IMG/VR virus record: IMGVR_UViG_3300010151_000008
Coordinates: 28,747-92,746 of that record
Origin: a virus
DNA: 64,000 bases
Direction: 5' to 3' (one strand)
A model generated the notes under the pieces. The model saw nothing but the letters and a program-made list of their open reading frames with translations, searched no databases and had not been told where the DNA came from. Shown piece after piece: positions 49,530 to 58,135 of the stretch. A program made the translations under genes and the position numbers. Position 1 is the first letter of the stretch, and the number at the start of each line of letters is the position of its first letter.

Positions 49530-50561
49530 ATGGCACGCAGAAAAAATGTAAAAAGAATCGATCCGAGATACTTCTTGGATGAGACAGTGAATCGCAACGA
49601 TGATGGTTCTCGCTTGGAGGAGATCTTTGGTTTTTCTAAGGCAGAGAAGCTAGAAAAACTCTGGAACCCAGAACACGGCGGCCATGGCGGAGATCTCGCC
49701 CAGCATTACGTGGCCAAATTTCTGGACAAAGAGAACATCTCCGGAGATGTTTATCCCGAAGACGTTATTGAGAAGGCGAGGGAAATTTGGCTGTCCTCGG
49801 ACCCTCCCCATACCGGCGACGGTTGGACCGCCGCTGTCGTTGCCGCGGCCAAATCAGCCGTCCAACCCGAAGCCGAAAGGGTCCATGGCAACCGCGCAGA
49901 ACGTCGCGCGTCAGACAAGGCCCGTGAGGCCGCCACCGCAAAGGAGCGCGCCGCAGAAGCCCGCAAGCGAGCAGCCTACGAGAAAGAACGGGACGCTGAG
50001 ATCCAGAAGAAAATTGATCGCGAGAACCGCGAGGCTGACCTTGGCACCGGCGGATGGCAGGATGTGTTTGATTTCAGCCATCAGCTAGAAGAAGGATATA
50101 TGTCAAATCGCATGGGGGGTGACACGACGCAGGGACACATGTCAGATATGTTTAACAGTGATGATCCTCAATATCCTGGACGTCCATTTGTATCCGCCAT
50201 GGGCGCCGCCCTAGATTTCGGATCCGCTGAAGCACTTAATGCCGTCTGGGCGTTTAAGGGTGACGACGGCCGGGTTGTGGCCGGTTGGCTGCGTGATGGT
50301 CTTATTGACATTGCCCGGGCAGATAGAGGCTCTGGGTGGCAGGGTGACCACGAAGACGCAAATCGCGAAGCCGGATACGCGTTCGGCCAAGATCGAATGG
50401 TAACGAGCGAGTACCTAGCCGGAAAAGAAATTTCGCCGCGGGATATTCAAGGGATGGATTTTGATAAAGTTATGAAGGCAATTAAATTCAAACCCCTTAA
50501 ATGGGATCCCGACGCCTATGCCGAGCGGTATGATGGCCTGGTGCGCTACGAGAGACGATAA
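49530..50561 (+). CDS. Putative internal head protein / protease-processed polyprotein
   Basis: Next to the prohead protease; LxE sites FLDE, RLEE, QLEE separate distinct segments. Confidence 0.5.
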   Translation: MARRKNVKRIDPRYFLDETVNRNDDGSRLEEIFGFSKAEKLEKLWNPEHGGHGGDLAQHYVAKFLDKENISGDVYPEDVIEKAREIWLSSDPPHTGDGWTAAVVAAAKSAVQPEAERVHGNRAERRASDKAREAATAKERAAEARKRAAYEKERDAEIQKKIDRENREADLGTGGWQDVFDFSHQLEEGYMSNRMGGDTTQGHMSDMFNSDDPQYPGRPFVSAMGAALDFGSAEALNAVWAFKGDDGRVVAGWLRDGLIDIARADRGSGWQGDHEDANREAGYAFGQDRMVTSEYLAGKEISPRDIQGMDFDKVMKAIKFKPLKWDPDAYAERYDGLVRYERR

Positions 50562-50563
50562 CT

Positions 50564-51178
50564 ATGGCCAAACAACTTCTCCGAGAATATTATGAACTGT
50601 GCGACGGCGGCGCTTGCCAAGATCTTCTAACTGAAGACGAAAAACGCTTCGTAAAAGACGGCGGCATGATGCTATCGGGTATGATGCAGATGGCTGAGAC
50701 CAAAAACGGCAATGGCCGCGTGTATCCTCAAGGAATTCTTGAGAGAGAAGTCAAGAACTATAAGAAACTCGTTAACGACAACCGAGCCCTTGGAGAACTG
50801 GACCATCCCGAAGATTCTGTTATAAATCTCAAGAATGTTTCTCACCAGATTACTGATATATGGATGGACGACAGCAAGGTCATGGGGAAAATGAAGGTTT
50901 TGGACACACCGTCAGGTGGAATCCTGCGCTCTTTGGTAGATTCGGGAGTGTCCATTGGAATCTCTTCCCGCGGTCTGGGGTCTGTCACGGAAAGTGCCGG
51001 CAAAACCATTGTGGAAGACGATTTCCAACTAATTTGTTTTGATATGGTATCAGAACCGTCGACTCCGGGTGCTTTTATGATGCGAGAGAACAAAAACAAG
51101 TTAAACGAGGTGTTTACAAAAGCCGATAGAATTAATAGAGCACTGAATAATATACTCACAGAGGGCAAAGAATCATGA
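50564..51178 (+). CDS. Prohead core protease (gp21-like)
   Basis: NGNGRVYP, ALGELDHP, SH, GISSRGLGS, DMVSEPS. Confidence 0.93.
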   Translation: MAKQLLREYYELCDGGACQDLLTEDEKRFVKDGGMMLSGMMQMAETKNGNGRVYPQGILEREVKNYKKLVNDNRALGELDHPEDSVINLKNVSHQITDIWMDDSKVMGKMKVLDTPSGGILRSLVDSGVSIGISSRGLGSVTESAGKTIVEDDFQLICFDMVSEPSTPGAFMMRENKNKLNEVFTKADRINRALNNILTEGKES

Positions 51179-51915
51179 GATTAGCCGAGGCAGAGTTAAA
51201 ACAGATTGTTCAAGAAGAAATTGAACAAGCCATCGAAGAGGGATATCTCGATCGACTGGTGGCAAAAGCCAAGGGCTTCGGAACCAAAACTAAAGCGCAT
51301 GCTCAAAGCCTCGGCCAACGTGCTGGTACCTGGGCCCGGGAGAAGTCCGGCGCCGACCCAGAAACGGTGGCCGGAGAGCGAGCTGCCGCCGCAGCTACTA
51401 AAAAGGCCGGCGCCGAAAGTGCGCGACGCACACGGGCTCTCCATATTATTAAAAAATCGTGGGATAGATTTCATGATGATTTGAAAGCTGTAGGGGCCTA
51501 CGAGGTTCCTGAGATAGTGGTGGCGAGAGATGCCATGATGAACGCAATCGAGAAGCTTACACCCGACCAGGCAGCGCCTGCGCCCGAACAGGCAGAAGAT
51601 GTTGTAGTTGCCGCTGTTAATTCAAATAATTTAGCCACACGAGATGCAGATAATTTTGGGGATGATGGGAAGCTTAACGCTCAGGGTCTTAAGCTTGCCA
51701 AAGCTCAAATCGATTTCCTGAAGAAAAAGGGGAAGGCGGTTCCTGGGCTACTTTCTCAACATGTTGCTGCAGCAGGCGCGCCTGATCCGGCCGATGCGGA
51801 GACCATTCAGGTGGCCCCGGTTACCGATATTGAGAGTGCGCGCCCGCGAAAGAAGGATACTGACGATGAATATAGGGATAAGTGGGCGAAGCGCGCCGGG
51901 ATTAGAGAAGAGTAG
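51175..51915 (+). CDS. Putative internal head protein
   Basis: N-terminal ELKQIVQEEIEQAIEEG leader, Ala-rich body. Confidence 0.55.
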   Translation: MRLAEAELKQIVQEEIEQAIEEGYLDRLVAKAKGFGTKTKAHAQSLGQRAGTWAREKSGADPETVAGERAAAAATKKAGAESARRTRALHIIKKSWDRFHDDLKAVGAYEVPEIVVARDAMMNAIEKLTPDQAAPAPEQAEDVVVAAVNSNNLATRDADNFGDDGKLNAQGLKLAKAQIDFLKKKGKAVPGLLSQHVAAAGAPDPADAETIQVAPVTDIESARPRKKDTDDEYRDKWAKRAGIREE

Positions 51916-51936
51916 AATTTCTCTTGCGAGGTTTAT

Positions 51937-52401
51937 ATGAAACGTAGTGAACTTAAAAAACTTTTAAAGCCGCTGATCAAAGAATGCATAAAGGAGGTGA
52001 TGCTTGAAGATGGTATTCTTTCAGGAATTGTATCAGAGGTGGCTACCGGAATGGGTAGAGTTCAAATTGTTGAAGCTGGACCTAGAGAAAAAGCAGCAGC
52101 AAGACCCCCCAACGACGAAAAGTTCGCAGAGATGCGTCAAGAATCGGCGCGAGAACAAAAAACCAAACTAAATGAACAGAAACAGAAACTCTTAGACGCT
52201 ATAGGTAGAGACGCCTATAACGGGATAGATCTGTTTGAGGGCACAAGCGCACTAAAGTCAGCCGGCCCAGCACCCGGAGCAGGGCCCTCCCCTCAAGGAC
52301 CCTTGGCGAACGTGGACCCCGAAGATTCTGGGGTTGACATATCCAACTTGTTTGGGAGCGTTGGAAGAAGCTGGCAAGCTCATATGAATTCAACTAAATA
52401 A
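51937..52401 (+). CDS. Hypothetical head-associated protein
   Basis: N-terminal SELKKLLKPLIKECIKEVMLE; IVE and LNE sites. Confidence 0.6.
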   Translation: MKRSELKKLLKPLIKECIKEVMLEDGILSGIVSEVATGMGRVQIVEAGPREKAAARPPNDEKFAEMRQESAREQKTKLNEQKQKLLDAIGRDAYNGIDLFEGTSALKSAGPAPGAGPSPQGPLANVDPEDSGVDISNLFGSVGRSWQAHMNSTK

Positions 52402-52410
52402 GGGACTCTC

Positions 52411-52626
52411 GTGGCAGTAAATGTATCAGTGGTAAAAAGACCTCACGAGAGTCCCGAACGGCTAATCAGAAGGTTTATCAAGAAGGTGAAAAAAGATAGA
52501 GTACTCGAAACCTATCGAGAACGCTGCTCATATCATGTAAAACCTTCGGTTAAAAAAAAGCTAAAACGAAAAAAGGCGCGCCGCGAAAGAGAACGTTTAG
52601 AAAGAAAACTTAATAAAAGGAAATAG
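52411..52626 (+). CDS. rpsU: Phage-encoded ribosomal protein bS21
   Basis: 71 aa; ESPERLIRRFIKKV...RER..YHVKPSVKKKLKRKKARR matches the bS21 pattern. Confidence 0.85.
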   Translation: MAVNVSVVKRPHESPERLIRRFIKKVKKDRVLETYRERCSYHVKPSVKKKLKRKKARRERERLERKLNKRK

Positions 52627-52639
52627 TAATCAGTGATGA

Positions 52640-52646
52640 CTAATTA
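52640..52646 (+). promoter_or_regulatory. Putative late promoter motif CTAATTA
   Basis: Intergenic, upstream of 52668. Confidence 0.6.
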
Positions 52647-52667
52647 TAACAGTTTGGAGAAGAAAAA

Positions 52668-53069
52668 ATGACATTTAACCACATGAAGCCGGGCCTTTTT
52701 AATGTGGGCTCATATCAAGTATCGGGCGCACCCTGGATAACAGGTTCAAACACGATAGCGGCCGGAACAGAGGACCATATTGTATTTCCTAGGACAGCTA
52801 AGGCGGTGACCGTTATTAATACCGACGCCGTCGGATCCGACGACCTTCGAGTTCATTTTAATTCTACAAGCTCAGGAAATGTTGTTGGTGGTCTCCATTT
52901 TGTACAGCTTAATAGCGCTACCGATAGTATAGCCTTTAATGTTAAGTGCAAAGAAATATTTGTTTCCAATGCGGGTCCCGGTGTTGGCGCCTATACTGTT
53001 ATTGCGGAGTTAACAAGCATCCCGTCGGATCAAATGTTTGAACTAACGGGCTCTGGTTTAACTCAATAG
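52668..53069 (+). CDS. Hypothetical beta-rich virion protein
   Basis: GSYQVSGAPWITGS; late motif and GGAG upstream. Confidence 0.65.
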   Translation: MTFNHMKPGLFNVGSYQVSGAPWITGSNTIAAGTEDHIVFPRTAKAVTVINTDAVGSDDLRVHFNSTSSGNVVGGLHFVQLNSATDSIAFNVKCKEIFVSNAGPGVGAYTVIAELTSIPSDQMFELTGSGLTQ

Positions 53070-53082
53070 GAGAACAAGATCA

Positions 53083-54849
53083 GTGCCTACCACGTTTAAT
53101 CCATCTAGAAATATAACCGATGGCGACACAATCGCAGCCGGGAATACTACCGGCTCTCTTCATCAGGTAACAGGCAGCTTAAGAATTACAGGCAGCCTGT
53201 TTGTCAATGGTGTCCTACTCACCGGCTCCGGTGGCGGAGGAGGCGGAGGTTCCCCGGGCGCCCCGAACGATTCGGTACAGCGTAATGATGGCGCCGGCGG
53301 ATTTGCCGGCAACAGCGCTTTCACTATCGATGTTTCAACGAGCCCGCCGGCCCTAAGCGCATCCACAATCAAGATGAGCGGCGCGCTCGACATCCCCGAT
53401 GCTCTAGTAATAGGCCCCACTTTTGATTTTACGCCTTTTGGCATGGGTATGGTGCATGCTCCGGGATTAATTTCGGTTCCCTCATCTAGCCACCCGCTCG
53501 GCATGGCTGGTTTTATGGCTTGGGGCCCCGACGGCCCCGGCGCCAGTCAGCCAGTAACCAGCCTTAGCGCAGATGGCCTCTCCTTTCAATCAAGTTCTAC
53601 CTCCTGGCCCGTGGGAGGAGGATTTGTCGACCCACCTGTAGGTATATACCATAAGGGCATCCTCTTCAGCGGAACTGCAGGGCCCGGGGGAAGTGGTCCG
53701 ACCCTCATGACCGCTCCAGAGGGTAACGGCATAATGCTTGCTCCAACCTTCCCTCCAAACTCTATAGGGGGCCCCGGCTCGCCCTCGTTCTACGCTCCGG
53801 GTCTTATTACAATTGCTTCTAGCAGCGCGCTGTGCGGGCTGTGGATCATGGCTGATGGTCCTCCCGTAATGCAGCTGACCCCGGGCCAGTTGACCTTTAG
53901 CGGCTCCAATACCACCTCCTCGACTGATATTCACCCCCTTGTGAGCGCCGACATGTTTCAGACAAGCGATGGTGCCATTCAGATTGGCCAGATCGGAGAT
54001 CCTGATGGCCCAGGCGGATTGGGAAATATATATCAATCCGGTACACTGATGATCAGATCGGGTACTCACAATAAGTTTGTAATGCAGGGTTCCAGCGGCG
54101 CTCCTGTTGTCATGATAGCCCCCGATGGACTTATGTTCTCCGCTTCCGCCGAGGGGGGAGCGCTCAGCATCATGAATGGTCCCCTAAAGTTTAGCCACCC
54201 CGCTCGGGCCTCGATTGATTTCAGCGACACCGGGGAAGGTGCAGCAGCTCTTGAGATGCCGGATAATATGAACGAGGGCTTTATGTTCCGAGTACAGGGC
54301 TCGCCCCCAGGAGAAAGTAATTTCTTGACCTTCAAGACTACTACCGGTACAGAATCGGTGGTTTCCAACAAGCCATTGGGAATCGGTCTTCCCGAGGGAG
54401 GCGCCAGCCCCAACATCACTCTTGATGTGCATTATACCGGCTCTGGTAATCCATTAAACCTTGGCCACACTCAAGGTGGCGGTGAGGTTGTATTTTTTGG
54501 TACAGGGTCCACTTCGATAGGTTCATTACACTATCTCAAGTCGGATGGTAACTGGGCTAAGACAGATGCGAGCGCCACCGGGAGCGGCCACAACCAGCTA
54601 TTGGGTATCGCTCTTGGAGCGAGTGCGACCGGCAGCGGGATGCTTGTTAAGGGATACTTCAATGCTATCCCATCATACTCAGGATCCTTCACTGCCGGTG
54701 GTCCGGTGTATGTTGGTCTAGACGCCGGAGCCATGAGCGGCACCGCGCCCGCATCGTCTAATGAATTCGTACGAGTGGTCGGCTACGGCACAGATAAGTC
54801 CAACATCATTTATTTCAACCCGGATAGTACATATATCGAGATAGCATGA
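53083..54849 (+). CDS. Fibre/decoration-like protein with internal repeats
   Basis: VTGSLRITGSL, poly-Gly hinge, SVQRNDGAGGFAG, three imperfect repeats, C-terminal LGIAL...GGPVYV...VRVVGY...YFNPD. Confidence 0.6.
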   Translation: MPTTFNPSRNITDGDTIAAGNTTGSLHQVTGSLRITGSLFVNGVLLTGSGGGGGGGSPGAPNDSVQRNDGAGGFAGNSAFTIDVSTSPPALSASTIKMSGALDIPDALVIGPTFDFTPFGMGMVHAPGLISVPSSSHPLGMAGFMAWGPDGPGASQPVTSLSADGLSFQSSSTSWPVGGGFVDPPVGIYHKGILFSGTAGPGGSGPTLMTAPEGNGIMLAPTFPPNSIGGPGSPSFYAPGLITIASSSALCGLWIMADGPPVMQLTPGQLTFSGSNTTSSTDIHPLVSADMFQTSDGAIQIGQIGDPDGPGGLGNIYQSGTLMIRSGTHNKFVMQGSSGAPVVMIAPDGLMFSASAEGGALSIMNGPLKFSHPARASIDFSDTGEGAAALEMPDNMNEGFMFRVQGSPPGESNFLTFKTTTGTESVVSNKPLGIGLPEGGASPNITLDVHYTGSGNPLNLGHTQGGGEVVFFGTGSTSIGSLHYLKSDGNWAKTDASATGSGHNQLLGIALGASATGSGMLVKGYFNAIPSYSGSFTAGGPVYVGLDAGAMSGTAPASSNEFVRVVGYGTDKSNIIYFNPDSTYIEIA

Positions 54850-54903
54850 TATGTCAGCATCAAGTGTGTACTGTGAGAGAATAATTAATGTTGAGGAAGA
54901 ATA

Positions 54904-55764
54904 ATGGACGTAAAAAATATCCAGGGAGTGGAGATGGCCAATATTAAAACAATCAGCACAGTCGACGCCCAGGAGTGGGAAGTGGTCTATGAAGTAGACT
55001 TCACTGGGCTAGCCACTAGTGCCATCCTTAATACCAACCCGGGAACTGACAGCTCTGTGTCTATTTCGGGCCCGCATGCTGTGACCTGGATCTGTAAGTT
55101 CGGCTCGGACACCAGCTACGTCAACCGGGTACAAATAGTTGGCGGAACCGGCCTTCAATTTGAGCATCTTGTCGGTGAAACCCAATCACATCTTTATCAA
55201 AATCTGAACACAGCACCGAGACTCATGGCTCTTGCATCGAATATTGTTCCCGGCCTCAGCGCCGACGACGTAATCGAATTTCAGGTCCTCCAAGAATCCG
55301 ACGGCCTTTCCGGCGACTGGCAATTCTATGGGCTTCATATGAATGACGGGAATATGGCGAGCGCTGGCAACTGGGCTCACAACTCGACAATAGACGTTGG
55401 TGCTGCTATATATGATCAGCTGCGCACCGGAAATGGAGACATCCAGTCTTCTTATGTAGTTGCCACCGGAGGAACACCAGAACCCGGATTCCGCGCATTA
55501 AGATGGAATGCTGGGGCGGGGGGCTTTGAGGGCACCTCAAAATTCACTGACAAATTTATTTCGCCCGCTACGACGACAGACTTTAATAGCACCGGCGTGG
55601 TGTCTGCTGCTTGCTCGAATGTTTCCACCGCGGCACCGGTCATCAGTATAGCGAACGGCTATATTGCTCTTCATGCGGCTTATCCGACCCCCGCCGGGGC
55701 GCCGACCGCTGCCGCTTATACGGCTACATTTACTAAGTTCCGAGCACTTAAAAGAAGCAATTAA
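54904..55764 (+). CDS. Hypothetical beta-rich protein (receptor-binding/lectin-like?)
   Basis: Short N-terminal V-x4-IK-x-I repeat followed by a beta-rich domain. Confidence 0.55.
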   Translation: MDVKNIQGVEMANIKTISTVDAQEWEVVYEVDFTGLATSAILNTNPGTDSSVSISGPHAVTWICKFGSDTSYVNRVQIVGGTGLQFEHLVGETQSHLYQNLNTAPRLMALASNIVPGLSADDVIEFQVLQESDGLSGDWQFYGLHMNDGNMASAGNWAHNSTIDVGAAIYDQLRTGNGDIQSSYVVATGGTPEPGFRALRWNAGAGGFEGTSKFTDKFISPATTTDFNSTGVVSAACSNVSTAAPVISIANGYIALHAAYPTPAGAPTAAAYTATFTKFRALKRSN

Positions 55765-55803
55765 GGTCACGTCCAAATCTATGTGCCTAGGGAGTAGAAA
55801 CGG

Positions 55804-56586
55804 ATGACAGACTATAAAGTTATTAACACTGTAGCGGCCGCCGATATTAAAATCATATCGAATACTGCTATAGCAGATATTCGTTCAGTTACTGGAGATG
55901 TCAAGCAACCTAGCAGCGGCTTTGAGGGCGAGTACGATTTAGACAGTATTGATAAATTTACTAGTATCAACAATATGAGCTACGGATCGAGGACGAGCGG
56001 GTGGAAGGGGCCTTGGGTCGGAATCGGCAAGACTGCTCTCGATCCGACCTACTCATGGAAGTCTGCTTGCAGGTCGGTTGCCGAAATATCAGGCGAGGTC
56101 GGCGGTACCGCTTACGTTGAATGGAAAAACGACCTAGGCTACAACACCGCTTGGAATATACTGGTCGGCTTAGGCTACGTCGACGATGATAATTGCGGCG
56201 GCGTGGATCCACGCGATTGGTTAACGTGGACATGGGAGCTCATTGCCGGTGGGACCAAAGCATGGTGCGGTACGTGCGTAGGCCCCGTCCCACCGGCGGG
56301 AGCAACCGCCGGGTACGAGATGGTTGATAATTTTCAAAATTGGACCAATGGAGTCACCGCGAACTTCACAAACTATCGAACATGTAGGCTTGAGGTTAAC
56401 AGCGGCGTCGTGAGTTGGAAGTACAAGGATGGGGCGGGAAGTTGGACGACAATATATTCTTCTCCCAGAACTGTTGATATAGCGGGGAACAGTAATCTAG
56501 TTGCATGCGTCTTAGTAAAATCACCTCATGGATCGGGCGCAACCCCCGAGAATCTCAAGCTCTACGGAAATTTAGTTAATACATAA
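55804..56586 (+). CDS. Hypothetical Trp/Cys-rich beta protein (receptor-binding/lectin-like?)
   Basis: N-terminal repeat similar to 54904; unrelated C-terminal domain. Confidence 0.55.
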   Translation: MTDYKVINTVAAADIKIISNTAIADIRSVTGDVKQPSSGFEGEYDLDSIDKFTSINNMSYGSRTSGWKGPWVGIGKTALDPTYSWKSACRSVAEISGEVGGTAYVEWKNDLGYNTAWNILVGLGYVDDDNCGGVDPRDWLTWTWELIAGGTKAWCGTCVGPVPPAGATAGYEMVDNFQNWTNGVTANFTNYRTCRLEVNSGVVSWKYKDGAGSWTTIYSSPRTVDIAGNSNLVACVLVKSPHGSGATPENLKLYGNLVNT

Positions 56587-56652
56587 ATAAGTAATTTACA
56601 CAACCTTCATGAAGATTTAATCTATCAGTGCTACTAATACTATAGTTCGCAA

Positions 56653-56659
56653 CTATTTA
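56653..56659 (+). promoter_or_regulatory. Putative late promoter motif CTATTTA
   Basis: Intergenic, upstream of 56721. Confidence 0.55.
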
Positions 56660-56720
56660 ATTTAAAGTGTGGTTTTGTGTCGATCGAAGTAAGTTGCCAC
56701 AGGGAGTGAAATATTAAATT

Positions 56721-57569
56721 ATGAGTGGTTGGGCGTTTATAGGGTGTGGTTCTGGAAGTGTGGCACCAGATTACTGTACAGAACCTCTTTCAGCTAGTGT
56801 CATAGTCGGTTGCTCTCCTCTCTCTATTTCTGCCTCCCAAGTTGACGTGACCAGCAGCATACGTATATCTGGATCTAAGCAGATAATGTTTGGCGCGCTT
56901 GGCAGCAGCCAATATATTCACGGGGATGAAGCTGGTAATACACTGACCATGCATGCTGACGGCGATTTACAATTCGACTGCGGCGGCGATCGTATTAGTT
57001 GGAGGAACTCTGGAGGAACATCCGTAGGAGAGATGAACACCCTCACCCCTGGCGCGTGGATATTCAATGATTCTACGTCGACCGAGGTCATGCGAATAAA
57101 CAGTAGCAGACACTCACTATTTGTAACAGGCCCGTCGATCTTGGGCAACGAAGTCCACTTGGGCGCCGGAAACCCGGGCAACGAAGTCACAACGAACGGC
57201 TTGCTACAAGTCTCCGGAGGGATGCAGTTTGGAATTAGCTCCTCTCTTGCTAGCGGCGGAGGTATCGACCTTGTTTATCAGCCGTTTGTTACGACGGCGA
57301 GTATAAATGTTACAAATGTGGGTCGCACCTATGTTGTTTTCAGCGGATCGTCGCCCTTAACGGCTACGTTGGGGCCCATTATGCCAGGACGCCTTGTTAA
57401 TATCAAGCGTCACTGGGCTATGGGCCATGGCGTAGAAATCGAGACCGCCGGCGGAAATCAAATAGATGGAGCAGCCAGCCTAACGCTAACAAGCGCCGGC
57501 GATTCTGTTACATTGCTTAACTTGACAGAGACAACCGCCAGCATAGCATCACATTGGCATATATTTTAG
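56721..57569 (+). CDS. Fibre-like protein
   Basis: C-terminal GRLVNIKR...NQIDGAASLTL...SVTL...W domain typical of phage fibres. Confidence 0.6.
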   Translation: MSGWAFIGCGSGSVAPDYCTEPLSASVIVGCSPLSISASQVDVTSSIRISGSKQIMFGALGSSQYIHGDEAGNTLTMHADGDLQFDCGGDRISWRNSGGTSVGEMNTLTPGAWIFNDSTSTEVMRINSSRHSLFVTGPSILGNEVHLGAGNPGNEVTTNGLLQVSGGMQFGISSSLASGGGIDLVYQPFVTTASINVTNVGRTYVVFSGSSPLTATLGPIMPGRLVNIKRHWAMGHGVEIETAGGNQIDGAASLTLTSAGDSVTLLNLTETTASIASHWHIF

Positions 57570-57578
57570 GAGAAATTG

Positions 57579-58022
57579 ATGGCATATAAATTCATGAGAG
57601 GTAACATAGTCATTGGTGGAAATCTGGGAGTTGATACGAAGCACCCTCTAGCTAAATTAGACGTTAACGGATCTTTAAGTGTAGCTACGCGGTACCTAGG
57701 TGATGCCGGCGATCCGCCGGTCTTCACTCGCGACGCGGACACAGAGGACTTTCACTTCGACATGGAGCCTACGACGACGCCCGTCTCTGTACAACTCCCC
57801 ACTCTAGCTTCGAGTGTTGGGACCATATATAGTTTTAAGAAAGTCATTGCCGGCGGGAACACAGCCACCGTATATGCGCAGGCCGGCGAATGCATCGATG
57901 ATGACTGTACAGCGGCTCCCTCGAAAGCTAACGTTACTTTAAGCTCGAATGGAGAGGCTATTATTCTAATTAATGCTGGAGGCCGATGGCGATCGATCGC
58001 GCATATGACATCAAATCCATAG
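57579..58022 (+). CDS. Fibre-like protein, paralogous domain to 56721
   Basis: LGVDTKHPLAKLDVNG; LP...GTIYSFKK...ID...L...W. Confidence 0.6.
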   Translation: MAYKFMRGNIVIGGNLGVDTKHPLAKLDVNGSLSVATRYLGDAGDPPVFTRDADTEDFHFDMEPTTTPVSVQLPTLASSVGTIYSFKKVIAGGNTATVYAQAGECIDDDCTAAPSKANVTLSSNGEAIILINAGGRWRSIAHMTSNP

Positions 58023-58096
58023 AAAAACTCCCAGCAACGTAAGGACGCGAGAGCGACCAAAAAGTAATTCAAATCGTCTTTTCTTTGTCTTAATAA

Positions 58097-58103
58097 CTAA
58101 TTA
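58097..58103 (+). promoter_or_regulatory. Putative late promoter motif CTAATTA
   Basis: Intergenic, upstream of scaffold and MCP. Confidence 0.6.
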
Positions 58104-58135
58104 AAAATGTAAAGATGTACTGTAGGAGTTAATTT

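Noticed and set aside
49497-49530. Selenocysteine readthrough of the micropeptide TGA
   Set aside because: No convincing SECIS hairpin follows, and readthrough would end a few codons later at TAA
56587-56720. tRNA, ncRNA or CRISPR array in the longer intergenic gaps (also 58023-58135)
   Set aside because: No cloverleaf, stable stem or spaced repeats visible; the gaps are explained by promoter motifs
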